In this document: positions 37,300 to 47,300 of the stretch, piece by piece
Position numbering within the stretch: the first letter of the stretch is position 1
Layout of the letters: each line of letters opens with the position of its first letter
DNA from: Escherichia phage vB_EcoM_G5211
Direction: 5' to 3' (one strand)
Length of the DNA: 64,000 nt
Sequence record: MK327947.1
Program-made: the position numbers and the translations under genes
Notes under the pieces: generated by a model
What the model was told of the DNA's origin: nothing
What the model saw: the letters and a program-made list of their open reading frames with translations, nothing else
Databases searched by the model: none

Positions 37300-38518
37300 A
37301 TACTGCCATTTGAGCGGTGATCGCTGGATGGCTTTGATAGTTGTGAATTTTAAAGTCTTTAGGAGTTTTTGTCAATACCTCATCTAAAGATTTAAATTCC
37401 GGCAACTCAATTGTTGGTTTATCAAACGGAACACGGCTTAACTGTTCCATAACTTGGTCAAAATGGTTTTTGTAAATGTGAGTATCTCCACCAGAGAAAA
37501 TCAGTTCTCCTACCTCAAGATCACACATTTTCGCTATGATGTGAGTTAACAGCGCATAGCTGGCGACGTTAAAGGGCAAGCCCAAAAAGCTGTCTACGCT
37601 TCGCTGAAACCACATACAAGACAATTTACCTTCATTGACATAGAATTGCACGAAAGGATGACATACACCTAATACAGCATTATGTGTTCCTTGTACGTTC
37701 CATGAGTCAATAATGATCCGGCGATCCGTTGGATTGTTTTTAATTTGTTCAATCACGTTTTGTAACTGGTCTTCCCAAATCTTCGGGCGATAGACATATT
37801 CTTCATCGTCTTTAGTGCTTGATGTGTCTACGTCCATACTAACAAACATCGTGGTATCCGGTGCTATAATATCCCCACCCAGATAATCACTATCAAGCAG
37901 ATAACCGAAATAACCATCATCTACCCATTCCTGGAATCCCCACAAGCAATATGCATCATTAACAAAATTAGATTGAGTCTTCCAGTGGTCTGCTACCAGA
38001 ATATAATCAAACTCTTCATAACGCATACCACGCCAGATAGCACATAAACGGTCTTCTGTGTCATTGGTTGGCGTAAAGTCTTCTACCCACGGGTGCTTAA
38101 ATGTATGTGTATATTTGCTCTTAACGCGCTTAATTTTGATTTCACCATGTGGATGAATCGGTTTGCGTCGCCACGCCATACCATACATATTGCCGACATT
38201 ATAACCATTGAATCGCAAGGGATTCTTTTCTTTCATATCAAGACAGTTGCCGCGCCAAATATCAAAGGCTTCCTCGTCAAACTTGCCTCGTGTAATTTCC
38301 TGTAAGCGACGGCGGTCAAGTGATCCCTCCATAAACCATAGCAATTCGCCAATTACAGAGGCTGTAGCCATCTTTTTAGTGGTAAGTAAGGGGAAACCCT
38401 TGCTTAAGTCAATTCGCATCTCTGCGCCGAATTTAGATAGCGTACCTACCCCCGTGCGGTCTTCACGAGGCCAGCCATTATCAAGAACATCATGCAACAG
38501 TTTCAAATATTCTTTCAT
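37298..38518 (-). CDS. td: thymidylate synthase with ~125-aa internal insertion, no intron
   Basis: TS N-terminus and core incl. catalytic-Cys region VCHPFVQFYV and RSVDSFLGLPFNVASYALL; insertion between WRRKP and IWEDQ vs E. coli/T4 TS. Confidence 0.8.
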   Translation of the reverse strand: MKEYLKLLHDVLDNGWPREDRTGVGTLSKFGAEMRIDLSKGFPLLTTKKMATASVIGELLWFMEGSLDRRRLQEITRGKFDEEAFDIWRGNCLDMKEKNPLRFNGYNVGNMYGMAWRRKPIHPHGEIKIKRVKSKYTHTFKHPWVEDFTPTNDTEDRLCAIWRGMRYEEFDYILVADHWKTQSNFVNDAYCLWGFQEWVDDGYFGYLLDSDYLGGDIIAPDTTMFVSMDVDTSSTKDDEEYVYRPKIWEDQLQNVIEQIKNNPTDRRIIIDSWNVQGTHNAVLGVCHPFVQFYVNEGKLSCMWFQRSVDSFLGLPFNVASYALLTHIIAKMCDLEVGELIFSGGDTHIYKNHFDQVMEQLSRVPFDKPTIELPEFKSLDEVLTKTPKDFKIHNYQSHPAITAQMAV

Positions 38519-38786
38519 CCCACATCACCTTTTTCTTATTGATTGCTTTCTTACGCAGTTTTGCTACTGTCTCGTCAATATCGATAAAGACAACTCCACG
38601 GTCGAATATAGTAGCAGGTCTTGAGATATCGCTATTTTCCTGTACTGGAAGCCATGATGCGCTCGCTTCATCATAGAGATATTGTAAACCGTAATAATCT
38701 ACGGCTACTGCGTAGTTTTCACTGGTAGCTGACCATAATTGAATAATACCGACTTTCATTATTGTTCCCGTCCGCAATGTAAACAC
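38490..38786 (-). CDS. hypothetical protein
   Basis: ORF only; overlaps td start by 29 nt. Confidence 0.4.
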   Translation of the reverse strand: MFTLRTGTIMKVGIIQLWSATSENYAVAVDYYGLQYLYDEASASWLPVQENSDISRPATIFDRGVVFIDIDETVAKLRKKAINKKKVMWDERIFETVA

Positions 38787-38852
38787 CGACTACCAGCAAA
38801 CATCAAAGATTCACCACAATGTTTGCACTCATAATCTGTCAGAATTTTCATG

Positions 38853-39422
38853 TTACGCCTTCTTACGTTCTAAAATTTGTTCGCTGATCAGGTAATCATC
38901 AAGGAAGTAATTATGTTCTTCTTTTGTTGCAAAGTCAAAATATAATTCCTGAATCATTTCCTTAGAGATGCCAACATCATATTCAAACGGATCATTAATT
39001 CCTGATCGTTGAACATACGTTAACACAATACGGTCCGCAAAGTCAACTGCTTTTTCAATCAGGGAAGGTCCGCCAATAACGCTTACCAAACCTTGCGTTT
39101 TCTCTAGGGCTTTTAACAGATCCTTCAATTCAATTCCAGTATACACATCAGGTTGGTCGCCGTTTTTAGCTTTCGGTTCTGGCTTGCTGGTATCGGTGCT
39201 AATAACCACATTCAAACGTCCCCAAAGTGCTTTAGGCAGACTTTCAAAGGTATTACGTCCCATTACTACCGCAGCAAAATCAACCTCGCCAATAGTGCGG
39301 ATTTTAAAGTTTTCCATATCTTTTTTGATTGGACGCCCCCACGGTAAACCGCCTTTAAAACCAAAAGCCCAATTTTCATCCGACATTTTAGTGTCACCAA
39401 TCGCAAATACACATTGAATCAT
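38853..39422 (-). CDS. frd: dihydrofolate reductase
   Basis: GLPWGRP...FKxRT...MGRNTFESLP DHFR motifs; position next to td. Confidence 0.8.
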   Translation of the reverse strand: MIQCVFAIGDTKMSDENWAFGFKGGLPWGRPIKKDMENFKIRTIGEVDFAAVVMGRNTFESLPKALWGRLNVVISTDTSKPEPKAKNGDQPDVYTGIELKDLLKALEKTQGLVSVIGGPSLIEKAVDFADRIVLTYVQRSGINDPFEYDVGISKEMIQELYFDFATKEEHNYFLDDYLISEQILERKKA

Positions 39423-39437
39423 AATATAAATCTCCTA

Positions 39438-39767
39438 TCAAATCAGTTTAAAGAAGTTTTCGTTTACATTTTCTTCTGTGATTGCTGTCTTAAATTCTTG
39501 ACCGTTATCCGGTGTGATGAAATAACGGTCAGAATAATCACGAAAACGTTTTAAGTGAGATACCCCAACATTAACACCATTTTCCCAAAAACGAAAGGTA
39601 ATCATTTTTGGTTCATATCGATAGTCGCTGGTTAACACAGTACCATCACCACGACGGGCTTCATAAACCGTAATACATTCACGATTAGCGGCTTTAAGGC
39701 ATTCTTCAATAGTGCCGCACGAGATAATACTTACTTTTTCATCTACGATTTGTTCTACAGTCCACAT
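39438..39767 (-). CDS. hypothetical protein
   Basis: ORF preceded by cassette. Confidence 0.5.
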   Translation of the reverse strand: MWTVEQIVDEKVSIISCGTIEECLKAANRECITVYEARRGDGTVLTSDYRYEPKMITFRFWENGVNVGVSHLKRFRDYSDRYFITPDNGQEFKTAITEENVNENFFKLI

Positions 39768-39832
39768 AATATAATCCTCTCTTTGTTTTGATGTTTGTAT
39801 TATACACTATTGCGTTACGCTGTCAACCTTTT
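39768..39832 (-). promoter_or_regulatory. early promoter/leader cassette
   Basis: TTGACA 39821-39826, TATAAT. Confidence 0.55.
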
Positions 39833-40152
39833 TGTTCCATGAAAAGCGGTGCTGTTTCTTCTTTCAGTTTAATAACTAGCGCGGAAACTTCATCAAGAAA
39901 ATCTTTTTCCATATGAGCAAGCATTGATTTAGAATCTTTGATGACTTTCAAAGAATATTCACTTAGATTTCCTTGTCCTAACAATAATGCAGGATACACA
40001 CTATGTGGGATCTCGATTTCATGATATTCGCTCATATTATAATATTTGTGAATTTTTAAATCTATATTTCTTCGTTGTACGTCCACATCAGCAATGACAT
40101 ACAGAAGTTCGATTTTATCACTTTTCTGGGAAAGGGTAGCATTCAAAAACAT
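39823..40152 (-). CDS. hypothetical protein
   Basis: ORF preceded by cassette. Confidence 0.5.
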   Translation of the reverse strand: MFLNATLSQKSDKIELLYVIADVDVQRRNIDLKIHKYYNMSEYHEIEIPHSVYPALLLGQGNLSEYSLKVIKDSKSMLAHMEKDFLDEVSALVIKLKEETAPLFMEQKG

Positions 40153-40215
40153 TGTTAATCCTCCGTTGTTTCGATGAGTTCATTATACATTACCTCGCCA
40201 ACATGTCAATACATT
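40153..40215 (-). promoter_or_regulatory. early promoter/leader cassette
   Basis: TTGACA 40204-40209, TATAAT. Confidence 0.55.
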
Positions 40216-40239
40216 TTCATAAAATTTTAGGCAATAAAA

Positions 40240-40261
40240 AAGCCTCCCCGAAGGAAGGCTT
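40240..40261 (-). terminator. hairpin + U-run after gene 32
   Basis: AAGCCTTCCTTCGGGGAGGCTT + TTTTATT. Confidence 0.65.
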
Positions 40262-40270
40262 TAAAATTCA

Positions 40271-41245
40271 TTACATCCCTAACAGAGCGTCAAGATCATC
40301 CAGATCAGAAGCGGAGGAAGTACCGCCACCCAGATCCAGCGATGCCATCAGGTCATCAGCGGAAGAATCTAACGCCGTGCTAGCTGCGTTAATACCAACT
40401 ACAGTGCTAGCTGCGTTAATACCAGAATCGAATGCATTCATCTGTGCGTCAAAATCGTCAAGCTGGCTGTTAATCGCTGCCGCAGCACTGGAAGCCGCAG
40501 CACCAGCTACCATAGAAACGCCCATAGTTTTCTTAAATTTGGTTTCCAGTTCATCGAACGGTTTAAACTGGCTAGGCGCTACAATCTCACTCAGGTCAAC
40601 CATGTTTTCCATCAGATATTTCTGATATGCTTCGTCTTCAATTTTCGGAAGCTGTGATTGCTGCATGAAACGAGAATCATCATAGTTCTGGTGTTTATCA
40701 ACCTTCTTAGCTTTCAGGAGGAAGTTAGCACCGGAGAACACACAAGTTACATCTACCGGAACTTCGCCCATGTCGGTATTCACGTTCACCATTGCAACGA
40801 TCTTATCATAAATTTTCTGACCGAAGCGGAATTTGAATACCTTACCTTCATTTTCTGGTGATTGAGGATCTTTCAGTACCAGAATATTTGCGTAGTAAGA
40901 CGCTTTACGCTTAATCAGTTGCCATTCGGTTTTATCGGTATTGTACAGGTCTTTTTCGTTAATATATTTGCACACAGGGCAAGAATCAAAATCACCGTGG
41001 GTGCTGGAGCAGTTTTCCCAATACCATTTGCCATTAACTTTGAAGGAATGGTTTACCAGTTTCACAATCGGCAGACCGTCTTCTGTCTTAGACGGCAGGA
41101 AGCGAATCAGGGCTTCACCGTTACCTGCTGCATCAGTCTTAATCTTCCACTCTTTTGGATCTTCTTTGGAGAAACCGTTGCCACCTTTCAGTGCGGCCAG
41201 TTGAGCTTGCAGTTTGGAAGAATCTTGGCGTTTAAACATATTCAC
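40271..41245 (-). CDS. 32: gp32 single-stranded DNA-binding protein
   Basis: Colinear with T4 gp32 ([38 protein letters not shown]); acidic C-terminus. Confidence 0.9.
   Translation of the reverse strand: MNMFKRQDSSKLQAQLAALKGGNGFSKEDPKEWKIKTDAAGNGEALIRFLPSKTEDGLPIVKLVNHSFKVNGKWYWENCSSTHGDFDSCPVCKYINEKDLYNTDKTEWQLIKRKASYYANILVLKDPQSPENEGKVFKFRFGQKIYDKIVAMVNVNTDMGEVPVDVTCVFSGANFLLKAKKVDKHQNYDDSRFMQQSQLPKIEDEAYQKYLMENMVDLSEIVAPSQFKPFDELETKFKKTMGVSMVAGAAASSAAAAINSQLDDFDAQMNAFDSGINAASTVVGINAASTALDSSADDLMASLDLGGGTSSASDLDDLDALLGM
40377..40430. repeat. 27-bp tandem direct repeat (2 copies) inside gene 32 C-terminal region
   Basis: GTGCTAGCTGCGTTAATACCA at 40377 and 40404; encodes duplicated INAAST. 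Confidence 0.7.
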
Positions 41246-41310
41246 TATTCCTTCTTTTGATTAATTTACTAGACTATTATACAGATTTAAGTTTACTTGT
41301 CAACTATTTG
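41246..41310 (-). promoter_or_regulatory. sigma70-type promoter upstream of gene 32
   Basis: TTGACA 41298-41303, 17-nt spacer, TATAAT 41276-41281. Confidence 0.55.
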
Positions 41311-41980
41311 TTTCGGATTTTAATTGAGATATTTCTTTACACTCTTTAACTACTTTAACAAATAATGCTCTTGCTTTTGCGGCGTCAATAACAAGTAGTT
41401 TCTTGTACGCCTTCATTTTAACACTATAAGTTTGCCAAATCAAGTCTTTGGCTACCTTGTCGTGTTCGTCGATTATATTTAGAAAGCTATCTAACAACAT
41501 AAACGACTCAAACGATATAATCCGATTTTGCAGTAGTTTAAAGATACCGCTAGTTTCGGTTGCGGGATTGTATGTAATTAGCTCTTTAAGAGTAACCCCG
41601 CGTTTCTCGGAGAAGTATACCAGACTTTTAATGTCATCGTCAAATCTTGTTGCTGCATCGGTTATCTTTCCTATGTATTCCATATAAAAGCCGTATGCGT
41701 CAACATCAGTGATTTCACCTACCCATGCATCGGTATTAGCTACCAGATTGCTTAGGAATAGGAAGTATAGTTCTCTTAGATTGTACTTTTCCGCTAATTT
41801 TGCGAAATAATACTTATCTCTGCGTTTATTGAATGCGGCATCAGACAACCGCATCCTCCAATTGTATTTTACGCAATCATAACGCCCGTTCATATGAGCT
41901 TTCATCATGCAATATAACATATACACAGATTTAGCATTAATTCGCATATCTGGATCTGGAGGAAGACGGTTTCTGATCAT
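41300..41980 (-). CDS. 59: gp59 helicase loader
   Basis: Colinear with T4 gp59 (KSVYxLY, HMNGxYD, KYNW, SDAAxxKRRDKY, LSNLVAN). Confidence 0.85.
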   Translation of the reverse strand: MIRNRLPPDPDMRINAKSVYMLYCMMKAHMNGRYDCVKYNWRMRLSDAAFNKRRDKYYFAKLAEKYNLRELYFLFLSNLVANTDAWVGEITDVDAYGFYMEYIGKITDAATRFDDDIKSLVYFSEKRGVTLKELITYNPATETSGIFKLLQNRIISFESFMLLDSFLNIIDEHDKVAKDLIWQTYSVKMKAYKKLLVIDAAKARALFVKVVKECKEISQLKSETNS

Positions 41981-41989
41981 ACATACCCC

Positions 41990-42259
41990 TTAAATATCGA
42001 GAGTGTTGGTCGGTTCGTCGATCACTCCCTTCCTGAGCGTTCTATTTACTATACATTCTTGTGTGATCTTGTCAATAATGGACACCGGAATATACTTCTG
42101 ATAGTGACCATATTCGATAGAGTTTTCCTCTACAAACTGCGTTGTCGCTTCAAGATAAGTCAATCCCTCTTCAACAACCAGTTTTTCGATTGCAAGACCG
42201 TTTGCTGTTTTGTTCGCGGCTTTTACCGCATGTTCATTAAGCATTGAACACCCGATCAT
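41990..42259 (-). CDS. 33: gp33 late transcription co-activator
   Basis: Similarity to T4 gp33 core (EKxVEExGxxYLEATTxFxEENSI); position. Confidence 0.7.
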   Translation of the reverse strand: MIGCSMLNEHAVKAANKTANGLAIEKLVVEEGLTYLEATTQFVEENSIEYGHYQKYIPVSIIDKITQECIVNRTLRKGVIDEPTNTLDI

Positions 42260-42512
42260 AGAGTTCTACCGCTTCATCGCGTTCTGCTTCGAAGGTTTCG
42301 CGCTGTTGCTGGTGATACAGTTTAAACAGAATGCCCCACATTTTACCATCTACGCCTAATTCTTCTTTAGCACGCTGTTTGATCTCTTTGATCTTATCGC
42401 CATATGCTTCTTGAATGGTTTTCTGATCGCTGGCTTCTTTAATCAGTTGTGCCAGGGTATTTCCGTGTACATTTTCGTCAAATACTACTTTTTCTTTTTT
42501 CTGTTCAGTCAT
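42237..42512 (-). CDS. dsbA: DsbA-like dsDNA-binding protein
   Basis: Size (91 aa) and position between 33 and rnh. Confidence 0.55.
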   Translation of the reverse strand: MTEQKKEKVVFDENVHGNTLAQLIKEASDQKTIQEAYGDKIKEIKQRAKEELGVDGKMWGILFKLYHQQQRETFEAERDEAVELYDRVFNA

Positions 42513-42516
42513 AATA

Positions 42517-43113
42517 TTAACCCTCTTTCGTCATTAATTGAAAACCACGTTCAGCTTTTGAAATTTCGCTAGGACTTAAATCGTCACCCACATATTCTAG
42601 CATCATTTCTCGGATAATGTCAAGTGCTTTTTCATCACCTGATTTTAACTCGAACTCAAGTTCATAGTGAGCATCTCCCATGACTTTGCCGACTTTGCAA
42701 TAATAGAAAGTGTCTTTGCACATTTCCACTATAGCACCCTCAAGGTCAAGTGTCAATGACTTGCGGTATGTCATTACTTGCAATAAAGGAACGATAAGGT
42801 CGGAGTTTACGCCTAGACTATCAACATAGTGATAGAAATCATCCATTGTTGAAAAAGTAATTTCTTCTCGGTTGAATAGTCCAGATTCACCATCACCTAT
42901 TTTGACCATGATCAATGATCTATTAACGTCAAGTCGAGCATAAATTCCTTTTCGACGCAGTGCATGATCTTCGGTATCATAATAAAATTCGTGTTTTAGA
43001 ATGTTATCTCGGTCTACGAGATTGTACCCGTCATACATTGCTACCCACAAATCACAGATGGTTTCGACGCCAATTTGTGAGTGTGCATAGTATTTTAATT
43101 CAAGTTCTTTCAT
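42517..43113 (-). CDS. CYTH-like (triphosphate tunnel metalloenzyme / CyaB-like) domain protein
   Basis: N-terminal ELELKY (ExExK), LRRKGIYARLD (R-x-R strand), C-terminal YELEFELK; 198 aa; no counterpart at this position in T4. Confidence 0.55.
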   Translation of the reverse strand: MKELELKYYAHSQIGVETICDLWVAMYDGYNLVDRDNILKHEFYYDTEDHALRRKGIYARLDVNRSLIMVKIGDGESGLFNREEITFSTMDDFYHYVDSLGVNSDLIVPLLQVMTYRKSLTLDLEGAIVEMCKDTFYYCKVGKVMGDAHYELEFELKSGDEKALDIIREMMLEYVGDDLSPSEISKAERGFQLMTKEG

Positions 43114-43123
43114 ATGTCAACCC

Positions 43124-44071
43124 TTAGAACTCACCAATTTTCTGCAACATTTTAACTAACGCATTTGTTACAAAATAGTTATAAATTTTACCGCGTGGTG
43201 CTGGTTTAGATTTTTCCCATGACGCCAGAATCTGATTCTGAATATTGTCTGGGATGTAATCGAAATCAATAAGTTCGCGGTTTTCGTCAAAACGTCGTGC
43301 TTCTTCCTCTGTCATCAAAGACTTTGGATCTTCGGCATCGAAAATTTGCTCTAACCATTTGGTTGCAATTGGTTTAGCTCGTTCCCCTTCCAGTCGAGAG
43401 ATAATGAAATCACTACGACACTTGACAGAAGCCACACCGTCTTTTGCGTCACCCTTAACACATTTTACCATAAGGTCTTTGTAAGGGCTACCATATTTGC
43501 ATTTCTTCCATGCTTTCTGTACTGGCGCCCACTGTTTCACATTTTTGTATTTGTGTAACTGTGTGTAGTCACCATCGCCGGAGTTGATTAGCACCTGACG
43601 ACCTTCTACAGAAAACTTTTTAGTTAACACAGCGATTATATCATCTGCCTCAACTTTGTCAACCTTAATAACGTGATAAGGCATGTTCTCTTTAAACTCT
43701 TCGGTGATCTTATTGATCGCAGCAAAGATCATCTCCCAATCACGCGGATCTGCGTCTCGTTTTTCCTTACGGTTGCGTTTATAGTAAGGGGCGATATCAC
43801 GTCGCCAGTAACCTTTGCTTGAATCGAATGCAAGTACCGTTATTGGGTATTGCTCTTTGAATTTTGTCATATTATAACGCATGGTGTCAAGAATAAGATG
43901 ACGGATCATGCCTTCATTAATAGGATCTTCCGGTTTAAATGTATGAGAGATAGTAGCAATCATAAGCTGTGACATATCAATCAAATGCACACCTTCCGGT
44001 AGTTTATCTTCTGGATCATCGAAGAAATCATTAAGTGTAGCGGTAGTTTTTGTAAACGGGTTATACGTCAT
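43124..44071 (-). CDS. rnh: RNase H / 5'-3' exonuclease
   Basis: Colinear with T4 RNase H (GYWRRD, YKxNR, MPYxV, EADDxIAVL, SxDGDxTQLHKYxNVKQW, IDFDYIPDNI, PRGKIY). Confidence 0.9.
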   Translation of the reverse strand: MTYNPFTKTTATLNDFFDDPEDKLPEGVHLIDMSQLMIATISHTFKPEDPINEGMIRHLILDTMRYNMTKFKEQYPITVLAFDSSKGYWRRDIAPYYKRNRKEKRDADPRDWEMIFAAINKITEEFKENMPYHVIKVDKVEADDIIAVLTKKFSVEGRQVLINSGDGDYTQLHKYKNVKQWAPVQKAWKKCKYGSPYKDLMVKCVKGDAKDGVASVKCRSDFIISRLEGERAKPIATKWLEQIFDAEDPKSLMTEEEARRFDENRELIDFDYIPDNIQNQILASWEKSKPAPRGKIYNYFVTNALVKMLQKIGEF

Positions 44072-44073
44072 AA

Positions 44074-44259
44074 TTAAGTTCTCTCCACTCTCACAACAAC
44101 ATATTCGCCAAACGAGTTAGATACTTCACGATCATACCCGTATTTCTCCATAACTCGCAGAATTGCATTGTTTAATTCGGCACGGAAATAATTGTAATCC
44201 TTATCAGGGATTCTGTCAACTACCCATTTTGCACCATCTGACAAATCAAATTTAACCAT
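44074..44259 (-). CDS. hypothetical small protein
   Basis: ORF only. Confidence 0.4.
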   Translation of the reverse strand: MVKFDLSDGAKWVVDRIPDKDYNYFRAELNNAILRVMEKYGYDREVSNSFGEYVVVRVERT

Positions 44260-44297
44260 AATATATCATCCTCTTTTGTTTCTATCAAGCCTTATTT

Positions 44298-44305
44298 TAT
44301 AAATA
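44298..44305 (+). promoter_or_regulatory. late promoter TATAAATA for gene 34
   Basis: exact TATAAATA about 30 nt upstream of ATG, followed by AAGGAG RBS. Confidence 0.6.
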
Positions 44306-44333
44306 TGAACATACTATAAAAGGAGACCCAATA

Positions 44334-47300
44334 ATGGCAGATTTTTCTCAACATTTCAAGGCCACATTTGGCTTTGACGCTGGTAATGAAAAGGTCGTCA
44401 ATGTAGCATTGGCTGATAAGAATGTCAACACCGATGCGGTCAACGTTGAATTTTTCAATTACCATAATGGTATTACTCAGTATGACGCAACTCGCGGTTA
44501 TGATCAATACGGCACTACAATCTATCAAAACCGTCCGTATTATGCAAAAGAAGATATCACAAAACCAGCAGGTGATTTTGACCCGACTAAATGGCAAGCA
44601 CTGCGCACGGACCCACGTTGGGATTATGTTGCAGCAACTTCCGGCGATACTCCTTTAAAGTCCGGTGATTATATCGCAGCGGACTGTCAGTTTGCAAACT
44701 TGACATTCTCAATGCCTACAAATCCGGTAGAGGGCGACAATATAACAGTAAAAGATATCGGTGGCAAGTGCGGTGTTAATGAGTTATCGTTCCTTTCGGT
44801 TGGTCATGAGTTCTATCATAATGGTGTGGTAAACAACCGCAAATGGTACTGTACTACCCCTTATGCAATGAACTACTTCATTTTTGTTCGCAATCGCTGG
44901 CACGTTTACCAGACGGGAACGGAGCCACGCGGGGTATATGCACAACCATCTATCGACCCGATCCAGATGCAAAACGGTGATCAGGTATTCCGCCGTAGTT
45001 CTTTGGGTAACATTGTTTTGATGCTTCCTAAGTTTGCTAATAACGGTGATATGATCCAGACTACCGATCTTGACGGATTGACTGCAACCAACCATGTTAC
45101 GGTAAAAGTGCATGAAGGTGCGCAAGAACAATCGATCGGTACTTTCGGGGTAAAAGAAATTGTTGGTAAGCGTAGCGGTCATGGTGTATTCATATTTGAC
45201 AAACCGGAAAACTTATGGCGTTTGTGGGATGGTGATCAGTCTGTTCGCTTGAATCCTATCATTAGTGATACTCGCTTGTCCCCCAATAGCTATGTTGCAG
45301 TATTTGGTGATCGTGATGTTACCTTGACTTTACCGACCAGCGTCGAGCATGGTGATCGTATCCAAATTTCTATGCAGTATATGCACGGAAACCAGAATTG
45401 CCGAATCGTTACCGCAGAAGAGGATACAAAAATCCTTATGCAGAAAAACATGGTTCAGTTTCCTAAGCGTAGCGAGTACCCGTTCAATGGGACCGATACA
45501 TGGAAGGAAGTGTCTGAATTGTCTTTCAACGCTGCAAATGATTATGTACCTTATCTGGAGTTCTCTTATTCAGAAGGTGATGATGGTAAGAAACACTGGT
45601 TGGTAGCACATGCTCACCCGATCGTAGAACGAGTAGATCCGACTCGTAAAGAGCGTGTTGGTGTTATTGCGCTTGCAACACAGGACGAAACCAACAAAAA
45701 CCATGAAGATAATCCTAGCGACGAAGTTGCAGTAACGCCAAAAATGCTTGCCAATAAGACTGCAAACGAAACGCGTCGAGGTATTGCTAGAATCGCTACT
45801 CAAGAAGAAACGCACCAACATACAGGGGCAAATTTTCTTGATGATGTGATCGTAACTCCTAAAAAACTAAATGCGTGTGTTGCTTCCGAAGAACATCGAG
45901 GCGTGTTGGAGATTGCAACTCAGGAAGAAACCAACGTAGGTTTAGACGATACACGCGCAATCACCCCTAAGAAATTAGAGGAACGTCGCGCGTCGGAAGA
46001 CCTTGCTGGTATCGCTGAAATTGTTCAGATGGGTGGTAGTGCTGCCGCTCGACGTGGCGAAGCTGGTACAGGGGTCTATAACATCAATGACCATGCTAAA
46101 ATCGTTACACCACAAAACATCAACGAAGTTAAGGCGACCGAAACTTCCCGTGGTGTTGGTTATCTGGCAACTGACGCGGAAGTGCAAGGGGCTACAGAAG
46201 CAACCCCGCAAGATGCAATGCTGATCACTACTCGCACGTTAACCAAGCGTACTGCTACCGAATCGCGTACTGGTATCGCTGAAATTGCTACGCAGGAAGA
46301 AACTAACTTAGGCCAGAGTGATAACCATATCATCACGCCTAAAAAGCTGCATACTCGCCGCGCAACTGAAACTTTACATGGTTTAGCAGAAATTGCAACT
46401 CAGCCGGAATTTGACGCAGGTCGTGACGATGCTCGCATTTCTACTCCATTGAAGATTAAAACCTTCTTTGAGAAAGCACAGCGTTTGAGAGTAGATCCGA
46501 ATCAGGGGCTTAACCTTACGGGTGATTTATGGCAAGGTATCACGATCAGCGGTCTTGATGCAACCGAAGATACAAAAGGTGTCGCGAAAGTTGCTACTAG
46601 TCAGCTTACCGATGTGGGAGAAGATGACGCCACGATCATTACTCCTAAAAAGCTGCAAGGCAAAAAGGCCACCGAAGATAAAGAAGGTATTATCAGAGTT
46701 GGTACTCAAGCCGAAACCGTCGCTGGTGCACTGGACAATGTAGCAATTTCTCCGAAGAATTTCAAATATGTTGTCCAGACAGAGGATACATGGAAAGCAA
46801 CCGAAGCGCGTCGTGGATTCTTGAAAGTTGCTACTCAGGAAAACTGTTTTGTTGGCGATAATCTGCAAGGTTCTACTCAAGAGCTTGATGAATATCAGCA
46901 TGATGGGATTGCGGTAACTCCGAAAGGATTAAACTACGCACTTGCTAATTTCTTACCTAAAATGGCAACCGCTCAGAATAGTTTGAAATTGGGTAACGTA
47001 GAGGCCGCTAAATGGGCGCGCAGAGACATTGACCAGACCATTGAGAGCAATTACACGTTTAATAAAAACGTTAACGTGAAGGGCGATTTAGAGTGCTTAA
47101 AATCCGGTTCCTTTGAAACTCTGTTTGTGACTAAGAACTCGACTGACGATCCGAGTAATGGTCATCTGGTATTGGGTGAGCGTGGAGTTGACGGTCACAC
47201 CGGAATTACTCTGCATGGCACAACCTTGTCAGAAGGTATGGAAAACTCATGGTCTATTATCGTTGGTGGCACTGGAACGGCGCAAGCAGTTAATAGTGAT

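Noticed and set aside
37781-38158. Possible intein or intron in td
   Set aside because: Insert is in-frame without stops (not an intron) and lacks intein junction residues.
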